A stretch of DNA of 64,000 nt from Promethearchaeota archaeon (GTDB taxonomy: Archaea > Asgardarchaeota > Lokiarchaeia > Sigyniarchaeales > SOKP01). A model generated the notes under the pieces. It was not told the DNA's origin, searched no databases, and saw only the letters and a program-made list of their open reading frames with translations. A program made the position numbers and the translations under genes. Positions 35,699 through 46,657 of this stretch are shown here, piece by piece. Positions within the stretch are counted from its first letter, which is position 1. Each line of letters begins with the position of its first letter. The stretch spans positions 119,655 through 183,654 of the forward strand of contig JAEOTP010000043.1 in assembly GCA_016839765.1 (NCBI GenBank), read 5' to 3'.

Positions 35699-37093
35699 TT
35701 AATTTACTTTTTTAGTATTTATTAACATTTTTCTAATTTTATCATAAACTTGAGTTACTTTATTTTTCCATTCTTCAAATTCATGAATATTTTTAGGAAA
35801 GTTCCTATACAACTTTGAAATTTCTTTCATTCTAATTCTTAAATAATTTAAATCTAACAATAAATTAGGTTGAGCGATTCCTTTAATCGCTTTATTAACC
35901 ATATTTAAGAGTGATAAATTCAAACCTCCAGTTGATGAGATTTCTAATATTTCTTCCCCACTTAATAAATCTTTTTCTAAGCCAAAATTTAATTCAGCAT
36001 TAGTCATAACTTGTAAAGTCATTCTAAGTAAATCCAATGCAGCAAATTCTGCTCCAAAGCTAGTCATAACCTTATGATTATAATCCCACAGAGAATTAAT
36101 AGTGAGATCCCCGTTTTCAATAGCGTTTATAGCAGTTTTTGCAGCAAATAAGCCAGCCCTCATTGAGGGATCTATGCCCCCGCCATGCAATGGATTAACT
36201 TGGCAAGCAGCATCTCCTATAATTAGTATCCCATTAGCTGTGCAAGACCAAAGCGGCCTTCTTACAGGCACTAGACCTCCTCCAGAAGAGATTATATCAT
36301 AATTCGATGTTAATATGAATTGATTGAAAACATTTTTCTTATAATACTCCTTTATTTCACTTTTGTATTCAGGAAAGGTGCCTATACCTATATTTACAGA
36401 AGATTCATTTTTTGGAAAATACCAGATATAACCACCAGGAGCTTTTTCTTGATCTAAGATGATTGAAATGTACTCTGGATCTTGAACTTGAAGATTTTGA
36501 GGTGAAAATTTAACTATTTCTCGGAAGCATAAAATTGTATCTTCACGAGAAATTGTTTTTTCGATTAATTCGCTGTTTATTTTTTTCCTTAAAGGTGAAT
36601 AAAAACCAGATGCATCAATTAGGATTTTAGATTTTAATTCTGTCTTTTCTCCATTTTTTAATTTAACTATTACACCAGATACAGTATCTTGTTTATATAA
36701 TAAATCTAAAGCCATTGTCTTATCTAGAAATTGCTTTACTCCCGCATCCAATGCTTCATTTAGGAGTCTTTGTCCAAATTCCAGTCTATTCACAATATAA
36801 CCTGCTTGTTTTGGATCAAATAAATCAATACATTTTTTTAAATTAGGTGAATACAATTTAGCCCCCTTGATATGACAAGAAAGCTCTTTTCCTCGTGGGG
36901 CATTTATTTTAAGGAATTCAAATACTTCAGTCCCTACAGCATCCCCGCATATCTTATCGCCGACTTTATCTTTTTCTTTACTATCAAGGAGACAAACCTC
37001 TAATCCTTTTTTAGCAGCAAATCTAGCTGCTGTAGCACCTCCAGTTCCAGATCCAACAACGATTATATCAAAAAATTTTTTAATTGGTTCCAT
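35699..37093 (-). CDS. Geranylgeranyl reductase (DGGGPL reductase)
   Basis: VGSGTGG, KICGDA, GGYIWYFP, IGDAACQVNPLHGGGI. Confidence 0.9.
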   Translation of the reverse strand: MEPIKKFFDIIVVGSGTGGATAARFAAKKGLEVCLLDSKEKDKVGDKICGDAVGTEVFEFLKINAPRGKELSCHIKGAKLYSPNLKKCIDLFDPKQAGYIVNRLEFGQRLLNEALDAGVKQFLDKTMALDLLYKQDTVSGVIVKLKNGEKTELKSKILIDASGFYSPLRKKINSELIEKTISREDTILCFREIVKFSPQNLQVQDPEYISIILDQEKAPGGYIWYFPKNESSVNIGIGTFPEYKSEIKEYYKKNVFNQFILTSNYDIISSGGGLVPVRRPLWSCTANGILIIGDAACQVNPLHGGGIDPSMRAGLFAAKTAINAIENGDLTINSLWDYNHKVMTSFGAEFAALDLLRMTLQVMTNAELNFGLEKDLLSGEEILEISSTGGLNLSLLNMVNKAIKGIAQPNLLLDLNYLRIRMKEISKLYRNFPKNIHEFEEWKNKVTQVYDKIRKMLINTKKVN

Positions 37094-37146
37094 TATACGT
37101 GAATATTTGTTATTTGGGTTATATGAAATAAAAAGAATAATTTGAA

Positions 37147-37896
37147 TTATATTAAAGTTAAGAGAAATATGATTAAAGTTGTTAAAATCGGTACTGTTAA
37201 ATCATCCCAGGTACTTGGAGAAAAAAGTTCAATTATAGTTGCTAATGCACTAGTAATTAATGATAATATTAAAGCAGACTCGATGGGAATATGTACTTGA
37301 GTTATTGGATTTGTAACCCCTAGTACCGTAAAAGCAATAAAGCATATGATGAAACCGCTTACAAAAAAGGTTAAAGAGCCTTCTAAAGTTCTGGTAGAAT
37401 TTATCCATGGTATTTTTATTTTTATCTTTCCAAATCTTTTTCCTATTATAGAAGCAAGGGTGTCAGAAATTATCATTAACATTATCCCTGCAATTGGGAA
37501 ATAAAGCTGATTAGGGGCAAAAATAACGAAAGACATTATTAATATTAAAATAGATAGACAATAATGAAATGGTCCTTGAAGATAACCCACTTTTTCTTCT
37601 GCTTCTTCTCCAATTGAATCGTATAATTCTTTTAATTGTTTAATTTTAGATTTTTTTGAACTTAATAATACCAAAACGGTAAGAGTACCCGCAATTATAA
37701 CTGGCCACCATTTCCAATTAAAATAAGGACTTGAAAACACAGATAATCCGGCAAATAAGTGTACTGCCTTTCGAGCATGAAATTTTGAAATTTTTTCTCT
37801 TTTTTTTAATTGAACAGGTAAAAGAATAGTAGCAAATATATAGAGATAAGTTATTAATACAATCAGTAAATCGAATAAATAATCCATTGAAATCAA
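37147..37896 (-). CDS. Polyprenol/phytol kinase-like CTP-dependent membrane kinase (SEC59/DGK1 family)
   Basis: RKAVH, SDTLASIIGKRFG, RTLEGS, WDDLTVP; multi-TM. Confidence 0.8.
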   Translation of the reverse strand: MISMDYLFDLLIVLITYLYIFATILLPVQLKKREKISKFHARKAVHLFAGLSVFSSPYFNWKWWPVIIAGTLTVLVLLSSKKSKIKQLKELYDSIGEEAEEKVGYLQGPFHYCLSILILIMSFVIFAPNQLYFPIAGIMLMIISDTLASIIGKRFGKIKIKIPWINSTRTLEGSLTFFVSGFIICFIAFTVLGVTNPITQVHIPIESALILSLITSALATIIELFSPSTWDDLTVPILTTLIIFLLTLI

Positions 37897-38161
37897 GGAG
37901 ATTTTTAATTATTATTTTAATTATGCCAGAGAAAATTTTATTTTTTAAAAATAAAATCCCACTAACTATAATATTAAGTGTTACAATTATGATGAGAATA
38001 AAAACCTAACTAATAAAGGGAGAAATCAATACACTACCAATTAAATTTTACCAATTTAACCGATAAATATATCTTTTTAATTCCAAATTATTTCTTTTCT
38101 TCAATAAATATTAATTTCTTTGAAATATTTTGAAGAATTATAACTTTTCGAGGAATTATTA

Positions 38162-40198
38162 ATGGTTGAAGAGATTTCAGAGGAAGAATTGAAAAAACTT
38201 CCTTTTATGAACTCTAATCTTGATTTAGAAGAGAGAGTAGATGATTTATTGCAAAGATTAACCATTGAAGAGAAATTTAAACTCTGTTCAGGAACTCGTG
38301 GATTTGAAACAAGGAAAATTAACAGTTTGGGGATTAAGCCTTTTAAAATGACTGATGGGCCTCATGGTATCGCTTTTGATAGTTCAATTGGTAAATTAGG
38401 AACATATTTTCCAACAGCAATTTGTAGATCTGCTACTTGGAATCCTGAGTTATCACGTAAGTTTGGTATAGCTTTAGCAGAAGAAGTAAGAGATATCGGG
38501 TATCATATGCTTTTAGGGCCTGGAATTAATATCATTAGAACACCCTTATGTGGGAGAAATTTTGAATATCAAACAGAAGACCCCTTTTTGAATATTAAGA
38601 TGGCGATACCTGTTGTAAAGGGGATTCAAAGTCAGAAGATTGCTGCCTGTGCAAAACATTACATATGTAATAATCAAGAAACAAATAGACTAAGAGTTAG
38701 TTCAGAAATAAGTGAAAGAGCACTCCAAGAAATATATCTTCCAGCATTCAAAGCAGTTGTGAAGGAAGGAGAAGTTTGGTCTGTCATGTCTTGTTATAAC
38801 AAAATAAATGGAATATATGGTAGTGAAAATAAGGACCTTCTAAGAGAAAGATTGATGGAAGATTGGGGTTTTCTTGGTTTTGTAGTTTCTGATTGGGAAG
38901 CTACAACGTATATTAATAAGACAGAAGATTGTGTTAATGCGGGTTTAAGCCTTGAAATGCCAATAGCTCGTAGATACAGAAGAAAGAGGCTCAATAATGC
39001 ATTAACTGTTGGTAAAATTAGCGAAAAAACAATCAATAGCAATTTAAAGAGATTATTACGGGTTATGTTTTTTACGGGGTTGTTTGATAATGAAGATTCA
39101 TTGCCTTCAGGAAGTCGAAATTCTAGAGAACATCAAGATATTGCGCGAAAAATAGCTGAGGAAGGAATAGTTCTTCTTAAAAATGATAATAATTTACTTC
39201 CTCTCAACTTAGGCAAACTTAAAACAATAGCAATACTTGGTCCTAATGTTGATAAGAAAATGGCATATGGTGGTGGTAGTTCAGGAATACAGTGCCCTTA
39301 TGAAATCACTCCACTTCAAGGAATAAAAGAAATTTGTAAGGAAAAAGTTGAAATAAATAGTTCTCCGGCAGATGCGAATCTTGCTATTATAGTGGCTGGT
39401 TTTAACCATGAGCGAGGAATGGATTCTGAATTTGTGGATAGAAAATTGTTTAATTTACCAGAAGATCAAATAAGATTAATAAATAAGGTTACGGATGAAA
39501 ATTCTAATACGATAGTAATTTTGATCAATGGAGGACCTATAGGAATGGAAGATTGGATTGATAAAGTCCCAGTACTAGTAGAGGCATGGTATCCCGGTAT
39601 GGAAGGTGGGCGTGCTATAGCAAATATCATTTTTGGTGATGTAAATCCTTCTGGTAAATTACCTGTTAGTTTTCCAAAAAAACTTACAGATTCCCCAGCC
39701 CATAAATCTTCAAAAACTTACCCCGGTAATGATAAGGTATATTATGATGAAGGAATTTTTGTGGGATATCGTTATTTTGATAAGTATAATATTGAGCCTC
39801 TTTTTCCATTTGGCTATGGATTATCTTATACTGAATTTATTTATGAAAGCCTTAAAATAGATAAACTCAAATTTGCAAAGGGGGAAAGAATAAATATTTC
39901 TATAGATATTATAAATTCTGGTGGCTATTTTGGTGCAGAAATTGTCCAATTATATATTCAAGATATTGAATCCAGTGTAGAACGTCCAATTAAAGAGTTA
40001 AAGGGTTTTAAGAAAGTGAATTTAAGACCCAATGAGAAAAGTACCTTAAGATTTGAATTAAGTGAAGAAGATTTTGCATTTTTCGATGAGAGAATTAATT
40101 CTTGGATAATAGAAAAGGGTCTTTTTAATATTTTAATAGGAAGTTCGTCAAGAGATATTAGATTACAAGCTCAAGTTGAATATATAAGTACTGAATAA
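38162..40198 (+). CDS. Glycoside hydrolase family 3 (beta-glucosidase) with FN3-like C-terminus
   Basis: DGPHG, GRNFEY, KHY, VVSDW, GDVNPSGKLP, FPFGYGLSY. Confidence 0.93.
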   Translation: MVEEISEEELKKLPFMNSNLDLEERVDDLLQRLTIEEKFKLCSGTRGFETRKINSLGIKPFKMTDGPHGIAFDSSIGKLGTYFPTAICRSATWNPELSRKFGIALAEEVRDIGYHMLLGPGINIIRTPLCGRNFEYQTEDPFLNIKMAIPVVKGIQSQKIAACAKHYICNNQETNRLRVSSEISERALQEIYLPAFKAVVKEGEVWSVMSCYNKINGIYGSENKDLLRERLMEDWGFLGFVVSDWEATTYINKTEDCVNAGLSLEMPIARRYRRKRLNNALTVGKISEKTINSNLKRLLRVMFFTGLFDNEDSLPSGSRNSREHQDIARKIAEEGIVLLKNDNNLLPLNLGKLKTIAILGPNVDKKMAYGGGSSGIQCPYEITPLQGIKEICKEKVEINSSPADANLAIIVAGFNHERGMDSEFVDRKLFNLPEDQIRLINKVTDENSNTIVILINGGPIGMEDWIDKVPVLVEAWYPGMEGGRAIANIIFGDVNPSGKLPVSFPKKLTDSPAHKSSKTYPGNDKVYYDEGIFVGYRYFDKYNIEPLFPFGYGLSYTEFIYESLKIDKLKFAKGERINISIDIINSGGYFGAEIVQLYIQDIESSVERPIKELKGFKKVNLRPNEKSTLRFELSEEDFAFFDERINSWIIEKGLFNILIGSSSRDIRLQAQVEYISTE

Positions 40199-40284
40199 TT
40201 GTTTTTGTTTTTTATTGTAAAAATTAATTTTTTATCGGTCAAAATCTATTATCACATGTTAAAAGAAAAAAATCTAACACAATT

Positions 40285-41493
40285 ATGAAACCCTTTTCAT
40301 TATTGATTAAACCTGCCTCTGCTGATTGTAATTTAAGGTGTGATTATTGTTTTTATATCAATCATCTCAATGATTTTGGTTCAACACCACGTATGCCCAA
40401 AGAAGTCCTTGAGCATCTAATTGCTACTTATATGGAAACTGATCAAAATGGTCATTATATTTTTGGCTGGCAAGGTGGAGAACCGACACTTATGGGTTTA
40501 GCATTTTTTAAAAATGTTTTTGAACTTCAAATTAAATATGCTCCTCGAGGAGCTACTATAAGTAATGGACTTCAAACTAATGGAACGCTAATTACTGACG
40601 ATTTTGCAAAATTTTTTGGGGAATATAAATTCCTTCTCGGAGTTAGCTTAGATGGTCCAGCTGATTTACATGATTATTATAGAAAAACTATAGGTCAAAA
40701 AGCTACTCACTCGTTAGTTATGCGTGGAATAGATCGTTTGAGGAGATTTAATGTTGAATTTAATATTTTAACTTTAGTTAACAATTTAACAGTAAATAAA
40801 GGAGGAGAAATATATCAGTATTTAAGAGAAAATAATTTTCTCTTTCATCAATATATCCCATGTGTTGAGTTTGATGATGATAATAAACTTTTACCATATT
40901 CAATAACTGGAGAGGAGTGGGGTAGATTTCTCTGTGAGATTTTTGACGAATGGTTTAAAGAGGACATCAATAACGTATCTGTTCGTTTGTTTGATTCTAT
41001 TCTTGACTACTTAATTAATAAAAGATATAACGTTTGTCACATGGGAGATAATTGTTGTCAATATTTTCTTATTGAATATGATGGTAGCGTGTATCCTTGT
41101 GATTTTTTTGTAAGAGATGACTTGTTTCTTGGAAATATTTTAAATAAAACTTGGGAAGATTTATTAAACTCTAATAAATACCAACAATTTGGGAAACAAA
41201 AAACTTATTATAATAAAGTTTGTAATTCTTGTCCATATTTATATTTGTGTCATGGTGATTGTCAGAAATTCCGACCTGAGGTCATTCAAAACAAATATAC
41301 TTTAAGTATACTATGTAAAGGCTGGAAAAAGTTTTTTACCCATTCATTACCATATTTTAAGTCAATAGCAAAAGAAATAATGGAATCTAAATCTTTAGGC
41401 ACTCCATTATCAGGTCAAAGAAAAAAAATTGGGAGAAATGAACCTTGTCCATGTGGAAGTGGCAAAAAATATAAGAATTGTTGTATGCATTGA
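40285..41493 (+). CDS. Anaerobic sulfatase maturase (radical SAM/SPASM) with SEC-C tail
   Basis: KPASADCNLRCDYCFY, WQGGEPTL, YPCDFFV, GRNEPCPCGSGKKYKNCC. Confidence 0.88.
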   Translation: MKPFSLLIKPASADCNLRCDYCFYINHLNDFGSTPRMPKEVLEHLIATYMETDQNGHYIFGWQGGEPTLMGLAFFKNVFELQIKYAPRGATISNGLQTNGTLITDDFAKFFGEYKFLLGVSLDGPADLHDYYRKTIGQKATHSLVMRGIDRLRRFNVEFNILTLVNNLTVNKGGEIYQYLRENNFLFHQYIPCVEFDDDNKLLPYSITGEEWGRFLCEIFDEWFKEDINNVSVRLFDSILDYLINKRYNVCHMGDNCCQYFLIEYDGSVYPCDFFVRDDLFLGNILNKTWEDLLNSNKYQQFGKQKTYYNKVCNSCPYLYLCHGDCQKFRPEVIQNKYTLSILCKGWKKFFTHSLPYFKSIAKEIMESKSLGTPLSGQRKKIGRNEPCPCGSGKKYKNCCMH

Positions 41494-41563
41494 GATTTAT
41501 ATAAAACTTTAAAATTTTAAGAGAATTTGATAAAATATCAATATTAATTCTTTTTATAGGATT

Positions 41564-42835
41564 ATGCTAAGAGTAGGTATAATTGGATGTGGAGATATCG
41601 CTAATTTAAATGTATTAGGATACTTGGGTTCTCAAGACACTGAACTTATTGCTGTTTGTGATACTGATATTAAAAGTGCTGGAGAAAAATTAGAACGATG
41701 GGGATTAAGATCCATTAAAATATATAAAGATTATAAAAAGATGATAGACCATGAGGATCTAGATATTGTAGAAATTTTAACACCGCACCACCTTCATTTT
41801 CCAATGACAGAATACTGTGCTCAAGCAGGAGTTTCAGGCATTTCAGTTCAAAAACCTTTGGCACATACTATTACAGATTGCGAGAAAATGATCCAAGTTT
41901 GTAAACGAGAAAATGTAAAACTAAAGTTATTTGAGAATTTTAGGTTTTATCCCATTTTTCTATATGCAAAAGAACTTCTTGATCAAGGAATTATTGGAGA
42001 ACCACTTAACTTTCGAATAAACAGTATAGGAACTGGAGGTCCTGGTCTCACCTTATTTTCAAGAGATTTAAATTCGCTTATATGGAGAATGAAAGTAGAA
42101 ACCTGTGGGGGTGGTCCTTTTATTTATGATGATGGAATACATAAATTTTCAATGGCACTTTGGTTAATGGGAGAACGACGCGTCGAGAAAGTTTATAGTT
42201 GGATAAATTACTTTACAGGAGTTGCAGATACTCCAAATTATATTTTTTGGAAATATCCTAGTAAAAATTCAGATGAGCCTCCAAAATATGGCTCAATGCA
42301 GTTTACATTAGCTCCAAATTTGTATTATCCTAGTAATTATTATGATTGCGACGAATATATTGAAATTTCGGGAACTAAAGGTATAATATGGTTGAATCAG
42401 TGCACTTCAGGAGGAAATTATATTTCTAGAAGTCCACAGTTTCCACCTGTGGTTGTATATGTGGATGGAGAGGTAAAATCATTTGGAGAAAATTTACCAA
42501 GAGACTGGAGATATTCATTTATTAATTCTACTGAGCATTTTATTGACGTCATTAAAAGTGGTGGAAAACCCATTTATACAGGAGAAGAAGGGAAAAATCT
42601 ATGTATTTTTGCTAAAATGCCCTACATTTCTCAACAACAAAAGCGTCCAATTTATTGGGAGGAGATCACCGTAGAAAATGAGCAAAATGGGGAGTGCGTT
42701 GTAGAACAACCCGAAAATCAGGATTTTAGTGGCTTAACAAAATTTAATAGGATGAAAAAAAGAGATATGCGTAAAGGTATTAGAGATGGATTGAAGCATC
42801 AACAATTCAAATTTCAATATGAATATGAGGAATAA
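41564..42835 (+). CDS. Gfo/Idh/MocA oxidoreductase
   Basis: GIIGCGDIA, TPHHLH, VQKPLA, DDGIH. Confidence 0.88.
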   Translation: MLRVGIIGCGDIANLNVLGYLGSQDTELIAVCDTDIKSAGEKLERWGLRSIKIYKDYKKMIDHEDLDIVEILTPHHLHFPMTEYCAQAGVSGISVQKPLAHTITDCEKMIQVCKRENVKLKLFENFRFYPIFLYAKELLDQGIIGEPLNFRINSIGTGGPGLTLFSRDLNSLIWRMKVETCGGGPFIYDDGIHKFSMALWLMGERRVEKVYSWINYFTGVADTPNYIFWKYPSKNSDEPPKYGSMQFTLAPNLYYPSNYYDCDEYIEISGTKGIIWLNQCTSGGNYISRSPQFPPVVVYVDGEVKSFGENLPRDWRYSFINSTEHFIDVIKSGGKPIYTGEEGKNLCIFAKMPYISQQQKRPIYWEEITVENEQNGECVVEQPENQDFSGLTKFNRMKKRDMRKGIRDGLKHQQFKFQYEYEE

Positions 42836-42854
42836 TTTAAACAGTTTTCGTAGA

Positions 42855-43958
42855 TTACATATCATCAAGTAAAATTTCTTTTCCCAATTCTGTTGAGTTG
42901 ATAGCAGCTAGGTTAAATTTCAAAATCTTTCTTGCATATTCTCCAGATAAATTTGGTTCTCTATATCCTTTTACTGCTTCAATAAAATGGTGAGTTGCAT
43001 TTATAAAACTAAATTTCCAATCATTATCAAAATCTCTATAAGTTTCTACTTTACCATCTCTTATTATACTAACAGGAGGAAAAATTTCTGAATCGGTCAT
43101 AATGTTTCCTATTGAAGTTCCTTGATTAATACGCATTATTCCTCTGCTTGCTATTATTTCAATAAATTCATCAGTAGGATAATATTTTGAAGGGATTGTC
43201 AAGTCTGGCATCAAAGAGAATTCCATATGACCATATTGGGGGATAAGGTGTTCATTATTTTGTTTGTATTTAAACATAACATATGCGGGAGCATCCCTAC
43301 CTTGATATGTGTCTGTCCACGCAAATACTTTCTCAATCTCTTCACTAAACAACCAATGGGCAAGAACAAACGCATGCCATCCATTATCAAGTAATACTGG
43401 AGAACCAGTTTGAGCCCCTCCAACCTTTGTAGGATTTTTTCTCCAAAATTCTGCGCTTTCTGGAGTTTTCCAACCTCCCTTTGTACCCAATGCTACTTTA
43501 ATTCTTATAGATGAGGGGTCTCCAATATAGTCTTGATCTATTAATTCCTTTGCTTTTCTAATATGCGGAGCAAAAATAAAATTCTCATAAATGGATAATA
43601 TTGTTCCAAATTCTTTACAAGTTTCAATCATCAAATCTGCTTCTTCTAGAGTCAATGCCATGGGTTTTTGGACAGAAATACCTTTAATACCACTTTTAGC
43701 GGCTGAGATTGTTGCTTCAGCATGTAAATGATGAGGAAGAAGAATTTCGACAATATCTAATTCTTCTTTTTTTAACATTTCTCTATAATCCGAGTATAGA
43801 TTAATATCTTTCCCTAAATTAAATTTATTAATTTTATTTTTTGCTTTTTCTATTGTTCTATTACATAATGAGACAATTTCTATTTCTTTATTATCTAAGT
43901 ATCCGAGGATATTTAAATCAAAAATTACACCTGTTCCTATGAAACCTACTTTGAACAT
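42855..43958 (-). CDS. Gfo/Idh/MocA oxidoreductase (paralogue of neighbour)
   Basis: GFIGTG, LPHHLH, VQKPMA, DNGWH; shared SFINxTxHFI. Confidence 0.88.
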   Translation of the reverse strand: MFKVGFIGTGVIFDLNILGYLDNKEIEIVSLCNRTIEKAKNKINKFNLGKDINLYSDYREMLKKEELDIVEILLPHHLHAEATISAAKSGIKGISVQKPMALTLEEADLMIETCKEFGTILSIYENFIFAPHIRKAKELIDQDYIGDPSSIRIKVALGTKGGWKTPESAEFWRKNPTKVGGAQTGSPVLLDNGWHAFVLAHWLFSEEIEKVFAWTDTYQGRDAPAYVMFKYKQNNEHLIPQYGHMEFSLMPDLTIPSKYYPTDEFIEIIASRGIMRINQGTSIGNIMTDSEIFPPVSIIRDGKVETYRDFDNDWKFSFINATHHFIEAVKGYREPNLSGEYARKILKFNLAAINSTELGKEILLDDM

Positions 43959-44115
43959 AACGATTATTAAAGTGGTTTATTAAATTTATATAAATCTAAA
44001 ATTTCCAATCAGTTGATTTTTCTCTATTTGGATCAGATTGAAGAGTGAAAATTGCATATGTGTTTATAAAGAACAATTGGTTTTCATCTAATAGTTAAGT
44101 AAATAGTAAAAAATT

Positions 44116-44877
44116 ATGTTCGAATACGCCATTGTTAGAAAACCTTGTAGAAACTTTAAATATGGTCTTACAGACGCAGATTTAGGAATCCCTGATTACA
44201 AAAAAGCTCTTTCTCAACACAGTGTTTATGTTCAAGCTTTAAAAAGGTGTGGGCTTCAAGTGATTGAATTGAAAGCAGATGAGAGGTATCCAGATTCCAC
44301 ATTTGTGGAAGATACTGCTATTACAGAAAAAAATTTTGCGATAATTTTAAACATGGGAGCATCAAGTAGAAGGGGAGAAGAAAATGATATAGAAAATGTG
44401 TTAAATGATTTCTATGATAATATAGAGAGAATTAATCATCCTGGAACCGTTGATGGTGGGGATGTCATGAAGGTTGAGAATCATTATTATATAGGAATAT
44501 CAAAAAGAACAAATTTGGAAGGAGCAGATCAATTAATTAAAATTTTTAAAAAAAATAATTATTTATGTTCTAAAATTTCATTAACCAATTTACTCCATCT
44601 GAAAACAGGGATATCATACATTGGAGATAATAATATGATAGCAGTTGATAAATTTAGAAAATTACCGTATTTTAAAAGATTCAATATAATTTATACTAAT
44701 GAAAGTGAACAATATGGTGCAAATAGTATAAGGGTCAATGAATATGTTCTAATCCCTAAAGGTTGTAAAATTTTAAGCAACTCTTTAAAATCATTAAGAT
44801 ATAAATTATTAGAGTTGGATCTTTCAGAATTTAGAAAAATGGATGGAGGAATTTCTTGCTTATCACTTAGATTCTAA
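44116..44877 (+). CDS. Dimethylarginine dimethylaminohydrolase
   Basis: PDSTFVEDTA, RRGE, DGGDV, HLKT, DGGISCLSLRF. Confidence 0.9.
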   Translation: MFEYAIVRKPCRNFKYGLTDADLGIPDYKKALSQHSVYVQALKRCGLQVIELKADERYPDSTFVEDTAITEKNFAIILNMGASSRRGEENDIENVLNDFYDNIERINHPGTVDGGDVMKVENHYYIGISKRTNLEGADQLIKIFKKNNYLCSKISLTNLLHLKTGISYIGDNNMIAVDKFRKLPYFKRFNIIYTNESEQYGANSIRVNEYVLIPKGCKILSNSLKSLRYKLLELDLSEFRKMDGGISCLSLRF

Positions 44878-44973
44878 AAATTTTATCTAAATTCAAAAAC
44901 TAATTTTATTTGAATGAACTTTTTAAGAAATATTAAAATAGTAAAATTATAACTGTTGAAATGAGTTTTTTTA

Positions 44974-46638
44974 ATGAAAATAGATAAAGAATTGATTCCA
45001 AATAAGTCGTATGAACGAGCTTTATATTTAGGTTGTGGTTATACTTACGAGGATTTGTTAAAACCTAAAATCGCAGTTGTGAACTCTTGGAATGAGATAA
45101 ATCCGGGTCATATTCATTTACGAAAACTTGCTGAACTAGTTAAAGAGGGAATTAAAGAAAAAGGTGGAACTCCCATGGAATTCAATACCATTGCTACTTG
45201 CGATGGGATTGCAAATTCAGGAAATTTTTCTAAATATGTTTTACCTACAAGAGATATAATTGCTGCTTCAGTTGAATGTACAGTAAAAGCATATAACTTT
45301 GATGGAATGGTAATGTTATGTTCTTGTGATAAAATTATCCCAGGAATGCTCTTAGCAGCTGCTCGATGCAACATACCTACCATCTTTTTAACAGGAGGAA
45401 TAATGGAGCCAAAACACTTCGAAGATGGACCACTAAAAGGCAAAACGTTTGTCACTTGTGATATAAAGGAAGCCATTGGAAGATTTAAAGCAGGTGATAT
45501 TACTGAAGAACAATTTTTCCTCATAGAATCTCACACTTGTTGTTCCCCAGGCGCATGTAATATGATGGGGACAGCGAATACCATGGCGTGTATAATCGAG
45601 GCTATGGGACTTTCATTACCAGGTTGTGCAACTTTAAGTGCAGTTGGAAAAAAACGGGAAGAACTAAGTAGAGAAACAGGTAGAGTCATTATGCAATTGG
45701 TTGAAAAAAGAATTACGGCATTAGACTTGATTAATTATAAATCAATTGAAAATGCTTGCAAGGTTGCTCTCTCATTTGGTGGCTCTACAAATATGGTTTT
45801 ACATATGTGTGCTTTATCCCATGAAATAGGTGGAACATTAAATCATTTTGATTTTGAAGATTTAAGTAAATCGGTTCCATTGCTGGCAAAATTTAAACCT
45901 GCTTCAGAATATAATCTCTCGGAATTCCATGAAGCAGGAGGAATAAGGGTTTTGATGAAGAAATTGTCAAAATATTTGGATTTAACAGCTAAAAACGTTT
46001 CAGGAGAACATTTAAAAGAACTTCTTCAAAATATTGAGTATGACGACTATCACATTATCCGGAATTTAAATGATCCTATTAAAAATGAAGGAGGAATAGC
46101 GGTTCTAAAAGGAAATTTAGCACCAGAAGGAGCTATAGTAAAGCAAAGTGCTATAAATCCTAAAATGTATTATCATAAAGGTAAAGCTAAGGTTTTTAAT
46201 AAAGAAGAAGAGGTTAGAGAAGCATTGTTAACAAATAAAGTAGAAAGGGGGGATGTTTTAGTCATAAGGAATGAAGGGCCAAAAGGATCACCCGGGATGA
46301 GAGAATTATCGATACCAGCAGCATTATTAGTTGGCATGGGATTTGGAGATTCAGTTGCAATGATAACAGATGGTCGCTTTTCAGGAGCAACTAGAGGTCC
46401 TTGTATCGGTCATGTATGCCCTGAAGCTTATGAAGGTGGTCCAATTGCTCTAGTTAAGGAAGGAGATCTTATTGAAATTGATATTAAAAATCGAAAATTA
46501 AATTTATTAATCTCCGATAAAGAATTAGAGGATAGATTACAAAATTGGAAACAACCAGAACCAAAAATTAAAAAGGGTTATTTAAATACGTATAGAAAGA
46601 TTGTAAGTTCTGCTAAATATGGAGCGTACATAGAATAG
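44974..46638 (+). CDS. ilvD: Dihydroxy-acid dehydratase (IlvD/Edd family)
   Basis: [41 protein letters not shown]. Confidence 0.85.
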   Translation: MKIDKELIPNKSYERALYLGCGYTYEDLLKPKIAVVNSWNEINPGHIHLRKLAELVKEGIKEKGGTPMEFNTIATCDGIANSGNFSKYVLPTRDIIAASVECTVKAYNFDGMVMLCSCDKIIPGMLLAAARCNIPTIFLTGGIMEPKHFEDGPLKGKTFVTCDIKEAIGRFKAGDITEEQFFLIESHTCCSPGACNMMGTANTMACIIEAMGLSLPGCATLSAVGKKREELSRETGRVIMQLVEKRITALDLINYKSIENACKVALSFGGSTNMVLHMCALSHEIGGTLNHFDFEDLSKSVPLLAKFKPASEYNLSEFHEAGGIRVLMKKLSKYLDLTAKNVSGEHLKELLQNIEYDDYHIIRNLNDPIKNEGGIAVLKGNLAPEGAIVKQSAINPKMYYHKGKAKVFNKEEEVREALLTNKVERGDVLVIRNEGPKGSPGMRELSIPAALLVGMGFGDSVAMITDGRFSGATRGPCIGHVCPEAYEGGPIALVKEGDLIEIDIKNRKLNLLISDKELEDRLQNWKQPEPKIKKGYLNTYRKIVSSAKYGAYIE

Positions 46639-46657
46639 ACAAAATTTTTTAATAAAA

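Noticed and set aside
37900-38050. Hydrophobic minus-strand frame interrupted by TAG upstream of the kinase gene
   Set aside because: AT-rich DNA readily gives Ile/Leu/Phe-rich frames; no family motif
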